From Eubacteriales Family XIII. Incertae Sedis bacterium (GTDB taxonomy: Bacteria; Bacillota; Clostridia; Peptostreptococcales; Anaerovoracaceae): 30,745 bases of DNA. A model generated the notes under the pieces. It saw only the letters and a list, made by a program, of their open reading frames with translations. It made no database searches and had not been told where the DNA came from. Positions 8,600 to 17,868 of this stretch are shown here, one piece after another. The stretch covers positions 1 through 30,745 of the forward strand of contig JAIRTJ010000095.1 in the NCBI GenBank assembly GCA_031254995.1. Reading direction: 5' to 3'. How positions within the stretch are numbered: the stretch's first letter is position 1; each line of letters begins with the position of its first letter. A program made the position numbers and the translations under genes.

Positions 8600-10349
8600 A
8601 CTTCAAAATATGCTGATGCTCACGAATGGCGGTTACGCGGACTTGAAGAAGGCGGCCTTCGCTTGCACACTCACGAATTTTGCCATGATACTGCCGTTCG
8701 GCGCGCTCATGCAATTCATCGTCGAACTAGTGAAGCCTCTGACGGGCGGAGAGATCTCTTGGACAAATATGCTGTTGCTGTTCGGCGCGGGCGTCGTCGG
8801 CTCCTTTCTCCTGTATCTCTGTCAGCGAAACGATTACGAAAAGACATACGTCGTCTCCTACACGCAGTGCGAGCAAACGCGCGTCACGATGGCCGAGCAC
8901 ATACGCCGCTTGCCCATGAGCGTATTCAACTCCAAGGATTTGTCCGAACTGACGGTGAACCTGATGGGCGATGTGGCGACGAGCGAACACGTCATGAGTC
9001 ACATCATCCCGCAGCTGATCGCGAACATCATCTCCATCTCTGCGATCTGCGTTATGCTTGCGGTATACGACTGGCGCATGGCTCTCGCGATCTTCATCAC
9101 CGTCCCGTTGGCGGTGGGGATCGTCATGCTCGCTCGCAAAATCTACGGCGGCATTTCGAAAAAGCACGCAGCGGCGAAGTTGGTCGCATCCGAACGCGTG
9201 CAGGAATACATCGAGGGCATCAAGGTCATCCGCGCGTGCAACATGGACGGCGAGAGATTCGGCGCGTTGGAGAAGGCATTGCGAGAGATGATGCGCCTCG
9301 CGATGGCGATGGAAGTCGGCACCGGCGTATTCGTGATGGGCGCGCAGGCTGTATTGCAGGGAGGTATCGGACTCACGGCTCTCGTCGGCGCGACGCTTTT
9401 GACGGGAGGCTCTCTTGGATTCGTTCCGCTTTTGATGTTTCTGATCATCGTGGTAAAGATCTATTCTCCCGTCGTCGTGATCCTCACGCTGTTGCCGGAA
9501 TTGTTTTATTTTCAAATCAGTTTGCGGCGCATGCGCGATCTGCTCTCCATAGATCCGATGACCGGGGACGAGGAGACGAAACCGAAGGATTTCACCATCG
9601 TCTGCGAACACGTCGACTTTTCCTACGGCGCGGGCGCGGAACAGGCGATCAGCGATTTTTCCGCAACGATTCCGGCAGGCAGTCTGACGGCTCTTGTCGG
9701 ACCGTCCGGCAGCGGCAAGAGTACGATATCGAGATTGATCGCGCGCTTCTGGGATACGGATCGAGGCCGCATCACCATCGGCGGCACGGATGTTAAAACG
9801 CTCGATCCCGAATACTTGATGAGCTATATGTCGTTTGTTTTTCAAGATGTAGTATTGTTTAACGATACGATCTTGGGGAACATCCGCATCGGAAATATGA
9901 ACGCGACGGACGAGCAGATTCGCGCCGCCGCAACGGCCGCTTGCTGCGACGAATTCGCCGACCGTCTTCCCGAGGGTTACGATACCATGCTCGGAGAGAA
10001 CGGAGCGACGCTGTCCGGCGGCGAGCGTCAACGCATTTCCATCGCTCGCGCGCTGCTGAAGGACGCGCCTATCGTCCTTCTCGACGAAGCGACGGCGAGT
10101 CTCGATCCGGAAAATGAAGCGGCTATTCAAAAGGCGATTTCCGCGCTGATCGCGGATAAGACCGTGCTCGTCATCGCTCATCGCCTGCGCACGATCGCCG
10201 GCGCGGACAAGATTATCGTTCTGGACAAGGGGCGCATCGCTGAGCAAGGCTCGCACGAAGAGCTCATGGCGAAGGGCGGTCTGTACGAAAAACTCTATGC
10301 GTTGCAGACGGAAAGCCTCGGTTGGTCGATAGGGAAACAGGCCGTTTGA
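8592..10349 (+). CDS. ABC transporter fused permease/ATPase, subunit B (YbtQ/IrtB-like)
   Basis: GPSGSGKST, LSGGERQ, VLLDEAT, IAHRL. ATG 8592 overlaps the previous stop by 8 nt. Confidence 0.92.
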   Translation: MSKLQNMLMLTNGGYADLKKAAFACTLTNFAMILPFGALMQFIVELVKPLTGGEISWTNMLLLFGAGVVGSFLLYLCQRNDYEKTYVVSYTQCEQTRVTMAEHIRRLPMSVFNSKDLSELTVNLMGDVATSEHVMSHIIPQLIANIISISAICVMLAVYDWRMALAIFITVPLAVGIVMLARKIYGGISKKHAAAKLVASERVQEYIEGIKVIRACNMDGERFGALEKALREMMRLAMAMEVGTGVFVMGAQAVLQGGIGLTALVGATLLTGGSLGFVPLLMFLIIVVKIYSPVVVILTLLPELFYFQISLRRMRDLLSIDPMTGDEETKPKDFTIVCEHVDFSYGAGAEQAISDFSATIPAGSLTALVGPSGSGKSTISRLIARFWDTDRGRITIGGTDVKTLDPEYLMSYMSFVFQDVVLFNDTILGNIRIGNMNATDEQIRAAATAACCDEFADRLPEGYDTMLGENGATLSGGERQRISIARALLKDAPIVLLDEATASLDPENEAAIQKAISALIADKTVLVIAHRLRTIAGADKIIVLDKGRIAEQGSHEELMAKGGLYEKLYALQTESLGWSIGKQAV

Positions 10350-10404
10350 AAAGACGAAAACAACCGAGCTGCGCGTCTCTCATCGCGCTCCTTTCCTCGC
10401 ATCA

Positions 10405-10433
10405 TTGACGGAAGATTTGTTTTTCCGTATAAT
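10405..10433 (+). promoter_or_regulatory. Near-consensus SigA promoter for the aminotransferase-icd unit
   Basis: TTGACG-N17-TATAAT. Confidence 0.8.
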
Positions 10434-10439
10434 GAAGCC

Positions 10440-10457
10440 ATGGAAAGAATCGAATGA
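10440..10457 (+). other. Candidate leaderless 5-codon upstream ORF (uORF; MERIE*) overlapping the next start
   Basis: ATG lies 6 nt after TATAAT. Its TGA (10455-10457) overlaps ATG 10454 as ATGA. Confidence 0.3.
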
Positions 10458-11728
10458 GAGAGATACCTTTGAGCGTTCCGAATTTGAATATTGAGACAGC
10501 CGACAATCTGCGAAAATGCGCGGAGACGGGGTGGGTATCCACGGGCGGCGACTTCATTCCTATGTTTGAGGAAAAAGTCGCGGCCTATGTCGGCGTCTCG
10601 GATGCGGTGGCCTGTCAAAGCGGGACGGCAGGATTGCACGTCGCGTTGCGACTTTTGGGCGTCGGCGCGGGCGACGAAGTCATCGCGCCGACCCTCACGT
10701 TCATCGCCGCGGTAAATCCCATTCGATATCTCGGCGCGGAACCGGTATTCATGGATTGCGACGATAGCCTGTGTCTCGATCCCGTGAAATTGGAGCGGTT
10801 TTGTCGCGAGGAATGTCATCTTGAGGACGGAAATCTCATAAACAACGACACGGATCGGATCGTCAAAGCCGTCGTTCCCGTACACGTATTCGGCAATCTC
10901 GCTGACATGGAGGCTATCGCGGATACGGCGGCGCGCTACGGTTTGAAGGTCTTGGAGGACGCCACCGAGGCGATGGGGAGTTTCTTTGCGCAAGGGCGCT
11001 ACGCGGGCAGACACGCGGGAACCGTCGGCGACCTCGGCGTGTTTTCCTTCAACGCGAACAAGATCATCACGACGGGCGGCGGCGGTATGATCGTCGCGGG
11101 CGAGAGCCCTTCGGCCGAGTCCTACACGCGTCAAGCACGGTACCTGACAACGACCGCGCGGGATGACGAGTTCTTTTTCGTTCACGACGCGGTGGGATAC
11201 AACTATCGCATGTTGAACATTCAAGCGGCGTTGGGCGTGAGTCAGATCGACGAGTTGGAGGATTTCGTGGCGATAAAGCGTAACAACTTCGCCGTGTACG
11301 AGGAATGTTTGAGAGACGCGCCGCAGATGCGTCTGCTTCCGTTCCGAGAAGGCATTCGCGCGAACAAAGGGTGTTATTCGCTGCTGATCGAGGACGAGAT
11401 CGAGAGTCCGCATATTTCCGGGGCGGACGGATATTCCGACGCGACGCAATGCGACGTCCGGGACGCGCGAGGGATATCGATGAGCGATCCTGCGGGCAAT
11501 CGCCGGGACCGACTCATGAAGTCTATGATCGCGGAGGGCATTCAGTGTCGCCCGGTCTGGAAGCTCATTCATACGCAGAAGCCCTATGCCGAGGCGCGAG
11601 CCTATGACATCGACAAGGCGCGTTATTACGAAAAGCATGTCATGAACATTCCCTGTTCGACGAGTTTGACGGAGGATGACGTGCGCTTCGTGTGCGACAG
11701 CATTATGAAATTCTCGCGAAGCCTGTAG
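10454..11728 (+). CDS. LegC-type DegT/DnrJ/EryC1/StrS family nucleotide-sugar aminotransferase
   Basis: [62 protein letters not shown] (PLP lysine), [14 protein letters not shown]. Confidence 0.9.
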   Translation: MREIPLSVPNLNIETADNLRKCAETGWVSTGGDFIPMFEEKVAAYVGVSDAVACQSGTAGLHVALRLLGVGAGDEVIAPTLTFIAAVNPIRYLGAEPVFMDCDDSLCLDPVKLERFCREECHLEDGNLINNDTDRIVKAVVPVHVFGNLADMEAIADTAARYGLKVLEDATEAMGSFFAQGRYAGRHAGTVGDLGVFSFNANKIITTGGGGMIVAGESPSAESYTRQARYLTTTARDDEFFFVHDAVGYNYRMLNIQAALGVSQIDELEDFVAIKRNNFAVYEECLRDAPQMRLLPFREGIRANKGCYSLLIEDEIESPHISGADGYSDATQCDVRDARGISMSDPAGNRRDRLMKSMIAEGIQCRPVWKLIHTQKPYAEARAYDIDKARYYEKHVMNIPCSTSLTEDDVRFVCDSIMKFSRSL

Positions 11729-11784
11729 ATCTCGCGGCGATCGCGATGCGCGAATATGCCCGATCGGGCAGGATAGGACGGTTT

Positions 11785-12999
11785 ATGGAGAAAAAAATCG
11801 AAATGAAAACCCCCCTGGTTGAAATGGACGGGGATGAGATGACGCGCGTGATATGGGCGAAGGTCAAGGAAATTTTGATCGAGCCTCACGTGGACTTGAA
11901 CACGGTGTATTACGATCTGGGACTGAAAAACCGCGAAGCTGCGGGCGACCGCGTGACGACGGAGGCTGCGGAAGCGATACGCAAGTACGGCGTGGGCGTA
12001 AAATGCGCCACGATCACGCCCAACGCGGAGCGCGTCAAGGAATACGATCTCACGACCATGTGGAAATCGCCAAACGGAACCATTCGCGCGATCTTGGACG
12101 GAACCGTCTTTCGCTCGCCCATCATCGTGCGAGGGATCGTTCCCTTTATTCCAACGTGGACGAAGCCCATCACAGTCGCGCGACATGCGTACGGCGATAT
12201 CTACAAGAACACGGAGATCGACGTACCGGAGGGCGGCAAGGTCGCGCTCGCGTACACCTCGGAGGACGGCGTCAGGACGGAGACGCCCATTCATGCGTTC
12301 GACGGTACGGCCGGCGTCGTTCAGGGCATTCACAACACGGACGCGAGCATACGCTCGTTCGCGCGATCTTGCATGAATTTCGCGCTCGATACGCGGCAGG
12401 ATCTGTGGTTCGCGACGAAGGACACCATATCGAAGACCTACGATCGCAGATTTCGCGATATCTTCGAGACGATATACGATGAGGAGTACAAGGATCGCTT
12501 CGCCGACGCGGGCACGGAGTTCTTCTACACGCTCATCGACGACGCGGTGGCGCGGGTCATACGCTCGAACGGCGGCTTTATCTGGGCCTGCAAGAATTAC
12601 GACGGGGATGTCATGAGCGATATGGTAGCGACAGCTTACGGAAGCCTGGCGATGATGACCTCAGTCCTCGTATCTCCCGAGGGGCACTGCGAGTATGAGG
12701 CCGCGCACGGCACGGTTCAAAGGCATTATTATAAATACCTGAAGGGCGAGCCGACATCGACGAACGCCGTCGCAACGATCTATGCGTGGGCTGGCGCGCT
12801 CATGAAACGCGGCGAGAAAGACGGCTTGGCGCGTCTGTCCGGATTCGGCGCGAAGATGGAGGTCGCCGCCGTAAAGACCATCGAAGACGGCATCATGACG
12901 GGTGATCTCTTTGACCTTTCGAATCTCGAAAGAAAGAGGCGCGTCGACACGGAGACTTTTTTGCTCGAAGTGGGACAACGCCTCGCGGCCATCGTGTGA
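11785..12999 (+). CDS. icd: Isocitrate dehydrogenase, homodimeric type II, probably NADP-dependent
   Basis: [49 protein letters not shown] (RH pair typical of NADP forms). Start placed at ATG 11785 by family length and an AGGA SD. Confidence 0.93.
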   Translation: MEKKIEMKTPLVEMDGDEMTRVIWAKVKEILIEPHVDLNTVYYDLGLKNREAAGDRVTTEAAEAIRKYGVGVKCATITPNAERVKEYDLTTMWKSPNGTIRAILDGTVFRSPIIVRGIVPFIPTWTKPITVARHAYGDIYKNTEIDVPEGGKVALAYTSEDGVRTETPIHAFDGTAGVVQGIHNTDASIRSFARSCMNFALDTRQDLWFATKDTISKTYDRRFRDIFETIYDEEYKDRFADAGTEFFYTLIDDAVARVIRSNGGFIWACKNYDGDVMSDMVATAYGSLAMMTSVLVSPEGHCEYEAAHGTVQRHYYKYLKGEPTSTNAVATIYAWAGALMKRGEKDGLARLSGFGAKMEVAAVKTIEDGIMTGDLFDLSNLERKRRVDTETFLLEVGQRLAAIV

Positions 13000-13005
13000 A
13001 CATAC

Positions 13006-13058
13006 AAAAAGCAAGGGCGGGGCGGCTGTATCCGCTGTCGCTCACCCTTGCTTCTTTT
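13006..13058. terminator. Probable bidirectional terminator between convergent icd and the ferritin-like gene
   Basis: AAGCAAGGG (13009-13017) / CCCTTGCTT (13045-13053) with inner GGCGG/CCGCT stem; A-run on the left, T-run on the right. Confidence 0.7.
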
Positions 13059-13065
13059 GTCGAGA

Positions 13066-13371
13066 CTATTTTATTCCCAATTCTTCCATCATTTCCTTGA
13101 CTTCGCCCTCTCCCTCTTCAAGGAATCCGGGCAGAGCGGGATCGAGGCGTTTCATGAGCGTAAGCAGTTCCCCGCAATGCTCCTTTTCCTCGTCCCTGAT
13201 ATCCATGAGAACCTTCTTGACCAAGGGATCGTCGGTTGCGAGGGCGTGCGATTCATAGAGATAGATGGCCTCCAACTCCCCGGCGATATCCAAGCGCAGC
13301 GCCTGAATGAGCTCGTCTTTGCTGATCTTCCTGTCTACGTTTCCCGAGAACGGGTTTGCGAATGATGGCAT
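13066..13371 (-). CDS. Small ferritin-like protein (EncFtn/rubrerythrin-like half four-helix bundle), 101 aa
   Basis: GELEAIYLYE and IRDEEKEH motifs; AAGGAG SD before ATG 13371. Confidence 0.82.
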   Translation of the reverse strand: MPSFANPFSGNVDRKISKDELIQALRLDIAGELEAIYLYESHALATDDPLVKKVLMDIRDEEKEHCGELLTLMKRLDPALPGFLEEGEGEVKEMMEELGIK

Positions 13372-13443
13372 GGCATGCTCCTTTCCGTCGTGAAAGACTC
13401 GATTGAATGCGACGACTCGCCGACCGCGCGTACGTCTGTACAT

Positions 13444-13472
13444 ATATTATCTGCTTCGGTAGGAAAATTCAA
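13444..13472 (-). promoter_or_regulatory. Possible SigA promoter of the ferritin-like gene
   Basis: Minus strand TTGAAT-N17-TAATAT; the -35 overlaps the stop codon of the upstream gene. Confidence 0.4.
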
Positions 13473-15187
13473 CAGAAATAATCGGAATTCCGTCGCAACG
13501 CCTCCGCGTGTTCCTCGGACGTTCGTCGAGGGCGCACCCAATCCATGTATGACAGGGCGGATTCCTCGTCCGCGTCGAGGATCGTCTCCTCAAACGTTCC
13601 CAGACCGCCGGATTGAGCCGACACATGCGCGACGCGCACCCTCTGTTGGAACGGATTTTGGCGTATGCGCGCGATCTGTATCTTGCGCCGAGGGATGATC
13701 ACCGTCTTGATGCCGTAGGCGCCGCGGCGCATTACGAGAAATGTTTCATTCGTCGTCATACCCCTGCCTCTCCAACTGCGGTACGCGGTAACGCAGAGGA
13801 AGGCGAAAAAGCCGCCCGAGATTGCGAGCAAAACGCTTGCGCGGGGGAAAGACGGCGCGAATTCCCTCAGCAGTTGCCAAGCGGGAATAACGACCGCCGC
13901 GATAAAGAGCGCGTACCCCCTGAAATATCGAAAATACGTCCTGCGCAGGGAGGCGCGGGGCAATCCCGTTTTGATCTCCGGCGCGTCCGAGAATTCGGGC
14001 AGTATTTCCCGCAGAAAGCCATCGATTTCCCGGTATTTGATGAAGGGGTGGATCGGAACGCCCGGACCTTCCGCATCCGTCGCCTTTTCCGCGTCGATGG
14101 ACGCCATCTTTACGCGTATCTCCGCGTATCCGATGATCCTTCTGAGAAGGGAGCGTCGGATGTGCAATTCCTGTATCCGATCTACGGATTTTCCTATCGT
14201 CTTGTGCGTCAGCAAGCCGCGATCTATCTCGATGCGATCGCCGCGCCTTTGGACGGTAAAGTCGAAATACTTTAGCACGCTCGATATGACGGAAACTGCC
14301 CAGACGATCAACAAGACGCAGATCACGGCTATGATAACGAAGAAGATATTGAGCGCGGCGAAGTATCGAAGCGCGGAATCCATCGTATCCGAGAGCAGAT
14401 TTTCAAGAAAGGGGATGTCCGCGAGCTGATAGAGAAACGAAAGGGCGAGAAACAGATACAAGGTCGTCTTTCCGTTGGAAAGTCCGTGCAGGAGCAATTC
14501 CGACGTGCGAATGCGGTAGCGTTTGAGATTCTCGTCTTCGCGCGCGAATCCGGGCGGCGGGTTCGCGAAGACGCGCGCGGTTTCGTCCGACGCCGCGCGA
14601 TCGCGGTCAAACGTCGCGTTCTCTGCGTCAATAGGGGGGAACATGCCCGGCGCGGTCTGTTGCGCTTGGAATTCCCGAGGCCGACCGGTAATGTCCCTCT
14701 CCGGATTTTTCATGTGTTCGATCCGCGCTCGCAGTTCGTTTGCGAGCGGTTTTTCCAGAGAAGGAATGATCGCGTCGACCGCCGTTGACTGTCCGGCCGT
14801 GTCTATGTTGAAACTGACGACGCCGAACGCCTGTTCGATAACATTGGCTTTGATATTGACGGAATGAACACGCGTAAAGGGGATGCGGCTGTCCGTCCTC
14901 CTGAAAACGCCTTTCCGCAAGCGCACCTCCGTGTCGGTGACCTCCCACGTCAGGCGAAAATACTGCAGGACGCTGATCGCCGCTACGAGGAGAAGGATCG
15001 CGCCCGCGGTGACGAGCAGATACGGGTTTCTGAAGGACAGCCCGCCGTTTTCTTTGAGCGCGGGCACGCTGTTGAACGCGCTGACGATCGGGATGATGAT
15101 CGCGAAGATCCATTGACGCAAATTTCCCAATGTTTTGGTCAGAATGTATGACCAATGTACGCGATGTCTTCCCTCCAAAGGATTCAT
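13469..15187 (-). CDS. YdbT-like membrane protein with repeated bacterial PH (bPH_2) domains
   Basis: Three TM-plus-PH units (LRKGVFRRTDSRIPFTRVHSVNI, IDRGLLTHKTIGKSVDRIQEL, RRGAYGIKTVIIPRRKIQ). Start moved to ATG 15187 for SD spacing (AGAGGA). Confidence 0.82.
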   Translation of the reverse strand: MNPLEGRHRVHWSYILTKTLGNLRQWIFAIIIPIVSAFNSVPALKENGGLSFRNPYLLVTAGAILLLVAAISVLQYFRLTWEVTDTEVRLRKGVFRRTDSRIPFTRVHSVNIKANVIEQAFGVVSFNIDTAGQSTAVDAIIPSLEKPLANELRARIEHMKNPERDITGRPREFQAQQTAPGMFPPIDAENATFDRDRAASDETARVFANPPPGFAREDENLKRYRIRTSELLLHGLSNGKTTLYLFLALSFLYQLADIPFLENLLSDTMDSALRYFAALNIFFVIIAVICVLLIVWAVSVISSVLKYFDFTVQRRGDRIEIDRGLLTHKTIGKSVDRIQELHIRRSLLRRIIGYAEIRVKMASIDAEKATDAEGPGVPIHPFIKYREIDGFLREILPEFSDAPEIKTGLPRASLRRTYFRYFRGYALFIAAVVIPAWQLLREFAPSFPRASVLLAISGGFFAFLCVTAYRSWRGRGMTTNETFLVMRRGAYGIKTVIIPRRKIQIARIRQNPFQQRVRVAHVSAQSGGLGTFEETILDADEESALSYMDWVRPRRTSEEHAEALRRNSDYFC

Positions 15188-15188
15188 A

Positions 15189-15671
15189 TCAGACATCCTC
15201 TTTCGCGATCTTTGCGAGATCCGCGATCTTGTCCCTGAGGTATTCCGCGCGCTCGGACGTAAGTCCGGGGATGACCTTTTCGCCTCCCGCCGTGACGATT
15301 TTGACGGAGGAAAGACCGAACGCGCGCATGATCGGACCCTGCGTCGTATCCGTGAACTGCACGCGCACCATGGGGATGATCGTCCTCGTGATGAAAAACA
15401 GGCCTTCCATGATGTCGATTTCGTCCGGCAACAATTCGTATCGCCATCGCGCGTATCGCACGCGGGGAAAGAACAAGAACGAAGGTATTCTCCAAAAAAG
15501 GATGATGCAGGAAGGGATGATGAACGACAGGGGACCGACGTCGAAGAAGATTGTGAGGATAATGAGCGGGCCGAAAGTCACGAGCGCCAGAAAAAACGTT
15601 CCGATCAGGCCGGTGATTCTCCACACCTTTTTAATCTTTTCATTCAACCGTTCGGACGGAATTTCTCTCAT
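15189..15671 (-). CDS. YdbS-like membrane protein with one bPH_2 domain
   Basis: Two TM helices, then RYARWRYE...GLFFITRTIIPMVRVQFTDTTQGPIMRAFGL; GAGGTG SD. Confidence 0.85.
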   Translation of the reverse strand: MREIPSERLNEKIKKVWRITGLIGTFFLALVTFGPLIILTIFFDVGPLSFIIPSCIILFWRIPSFLFFPRVRYARWRYELLPDEIDIMEGLFFITRTIIPMVRVQFTDTTQGPIMRAFGLSSVKIVTAGGEKVIPGLTSERAEYLRDKIADLAKIAKEDV

Positions 15672-15759
15672 GCTTTCACCTCATCTTTGATTTTGCTTGA
15701 GCGTCGTCCGCTTATGATCCCGCATCGGGAATCACAAAAAATATTATTGCAATACAACT

Positions 15760-15788
15760 ATTATACTTTTGTCCTTCGTGAAATGCAA
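15760..15788 (-). promoter_or_regulatory. SigA promoter for the ydbS-ydbT-like pair
   Basis: Minus strand TTGCAT-N17-TATAAT. Confidence 0.7.
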
Positions 15789-15837
15789 TCGAATCCTTTT
15801 CGACCGGGCGGAGGCGCGAGATCGGAGCGGAGTCGCG

Positions 15838-17151
15838 CTACAGGATCCCGCGTTTGCCTCTGACGCGGGGCAGCGGCAATGCGACGACGACCATCGTTCC
15901 CTTCCCTAAGATGCTTTCGATATCGATGCTTCCTTTGTGTTCTTCGATGATCTGCTTGGAGATGGCGAGGCCGAGACCCGTGCCGCCCATGCTGCGACTC
16001 GACCGGGATCTGTCCACGCGGAAAAACCGCTCGAATACGCGCGACAATTCCTTCTCCGGGATGCCGATTCCGTTATCCATGACTACGATCTTCACCTCGT
16101 CGCCCTTGCGAAAGACGTCCACGTCTATCCTTCCGCCCTCCTGCGTGTATTTGATCGAGTTGCTCAGGATATTCAGCGCCACCTGCTCGATCCGGTCCCT
16201 GTCCATATTCAGCATGATCGACAGGTCGCGATCGAAGATGAGATTGACGTGTTGTCTCTTGCTTTTCGCGAACATGTCGATCTTCTTCACCGCCGTTCGC
16301 ACAAGCGCGACTATGTCCGATTCTTCCTTGTACCATTTCTGTTGCTTGGTATCCAGTCTCGAAAGCTGCAACAGATCCTTGACCAAACGATTCATGCGAT
16401 CGGTCTCGCTGTTGATGATTTCGAGGAATTCCTTGGCCGTCTCCGCGTCCTCCGCCCCGCCCTCGAGCAGGGTCTCCGTATATCCCTTGATCGAGGTGAG
16501 AGGCGTTTTGAGCTCGTGCGAGACATTTGCCACGAAATCGATCTGCATGTTGTCGATTCGTTGACGTTCCGTTACGTCTTGAAGAATGATGATGATGCCT
16601 TCCTCCCCGCCCGACGCGTCCCTGAATTTGTCGTAGCGCACCTCATAAACCGCACCGCCGTAGGAGAAATTGCCCTCTGTCACGCCGTTTTCGAGATTGC
16701 GAAGGATTTCGGACAGGGTCAGAGAATCGCTGAACCGCAAAATGATACCGTCGTATTTTCGGTGAACGGCGTCCTCGTCCGATATGCGCAGCATGCGCCG
16801 CGCCGCGTCGTTTGCGTGAATTATGCGCCCCGTCCCGGAAACGGCGATCATCCCGTCGGCCATCTGCTTCAAAATGGTCTCCAATTTGTCCTTTTCCGTC
16901 GTGATTTCGGAATAGTTCTCGTCCAACTTTCGACGCAGGACGTCGATGTCTTCGATGATTGAGTCGGACAGTCCGGCCGAGGAAAAAAAAGCCGACAGCG
17001 TGACGACGGCGACGGCAATCATTGCCGAAAGAGGGAAAGACAGGTTGAGATTCAAAAGTATGCGAATAATGACAGATGCGAGCGCCGCAAGCGACGCGAC
17101 AAGAATCACGATCTTGGGCCTTATATTTTGAAACCCGTGAGGCTTGGGCAT
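15838..17151 (-). CDS. WalK/VicK/PhoR-like sensor histidine kinase (short N-terminal membrane anchor, PAS, HisKA, HATPase)
   Basis: QMADGMIAV...IIHANDAA (PAS), FVANVSHELKTPLTSIKGY (H box), NILSNSIKYT, DNGIGIP, FERFFRVD, GGTGLGLAI; AGGAGG SD. Confidence 0.9.
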   Translation of the reverse strand: MPKPHGFQNIRPKIVILVASLAALASVIIRILLNLNLSFPLSAMIAVAVVTLSAFFSSAGLSDSIIEDIDVLRRKLDENYSEITTEKDKLETILKQMADGMIAVSGTGRIIHANDAARRMLRISDEDAVHRKYDGIILRFSDSLTLSEILRNLENGVTEGNFSYGGAVYEVRYDKFRDASGGEEGIIIILQDVTERQRIDNMQIDFVANVSHELKTPLTSIKGYTETLLEGGAEDAETAKEFLEIINSETDRMNRLVKDLLQLSRLDTKQQKWYKEESDIVALVRTAVKKIDMFAKSKRQHVNLIFDRDLSIMLNMDRDRIEQVALNILSNSIKYTQEGGRIDVDVFRKGDEVKIVVMDNGIGIPEKELSRVFERFFRVDRSRSSRSMGGTGLGLAISKQIIEEHKGSIDIESILGKGTMVVVALPLPRVRGKRGIL

Positions 17152-17154
17152 GGC

Positions 17155-17853
<699 letters not shown>

Positions 17854-17868
17854 GTCGATCGCTCTCCC

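Noticed and set aside
7685-11638. Long minus-strand ORFs (274, 509 and 447 aa) opposite the ABC and aminotransferase genes
   Set aside because: Typical antisense open frames of GC-rich coding DNA; no recognisable domains.
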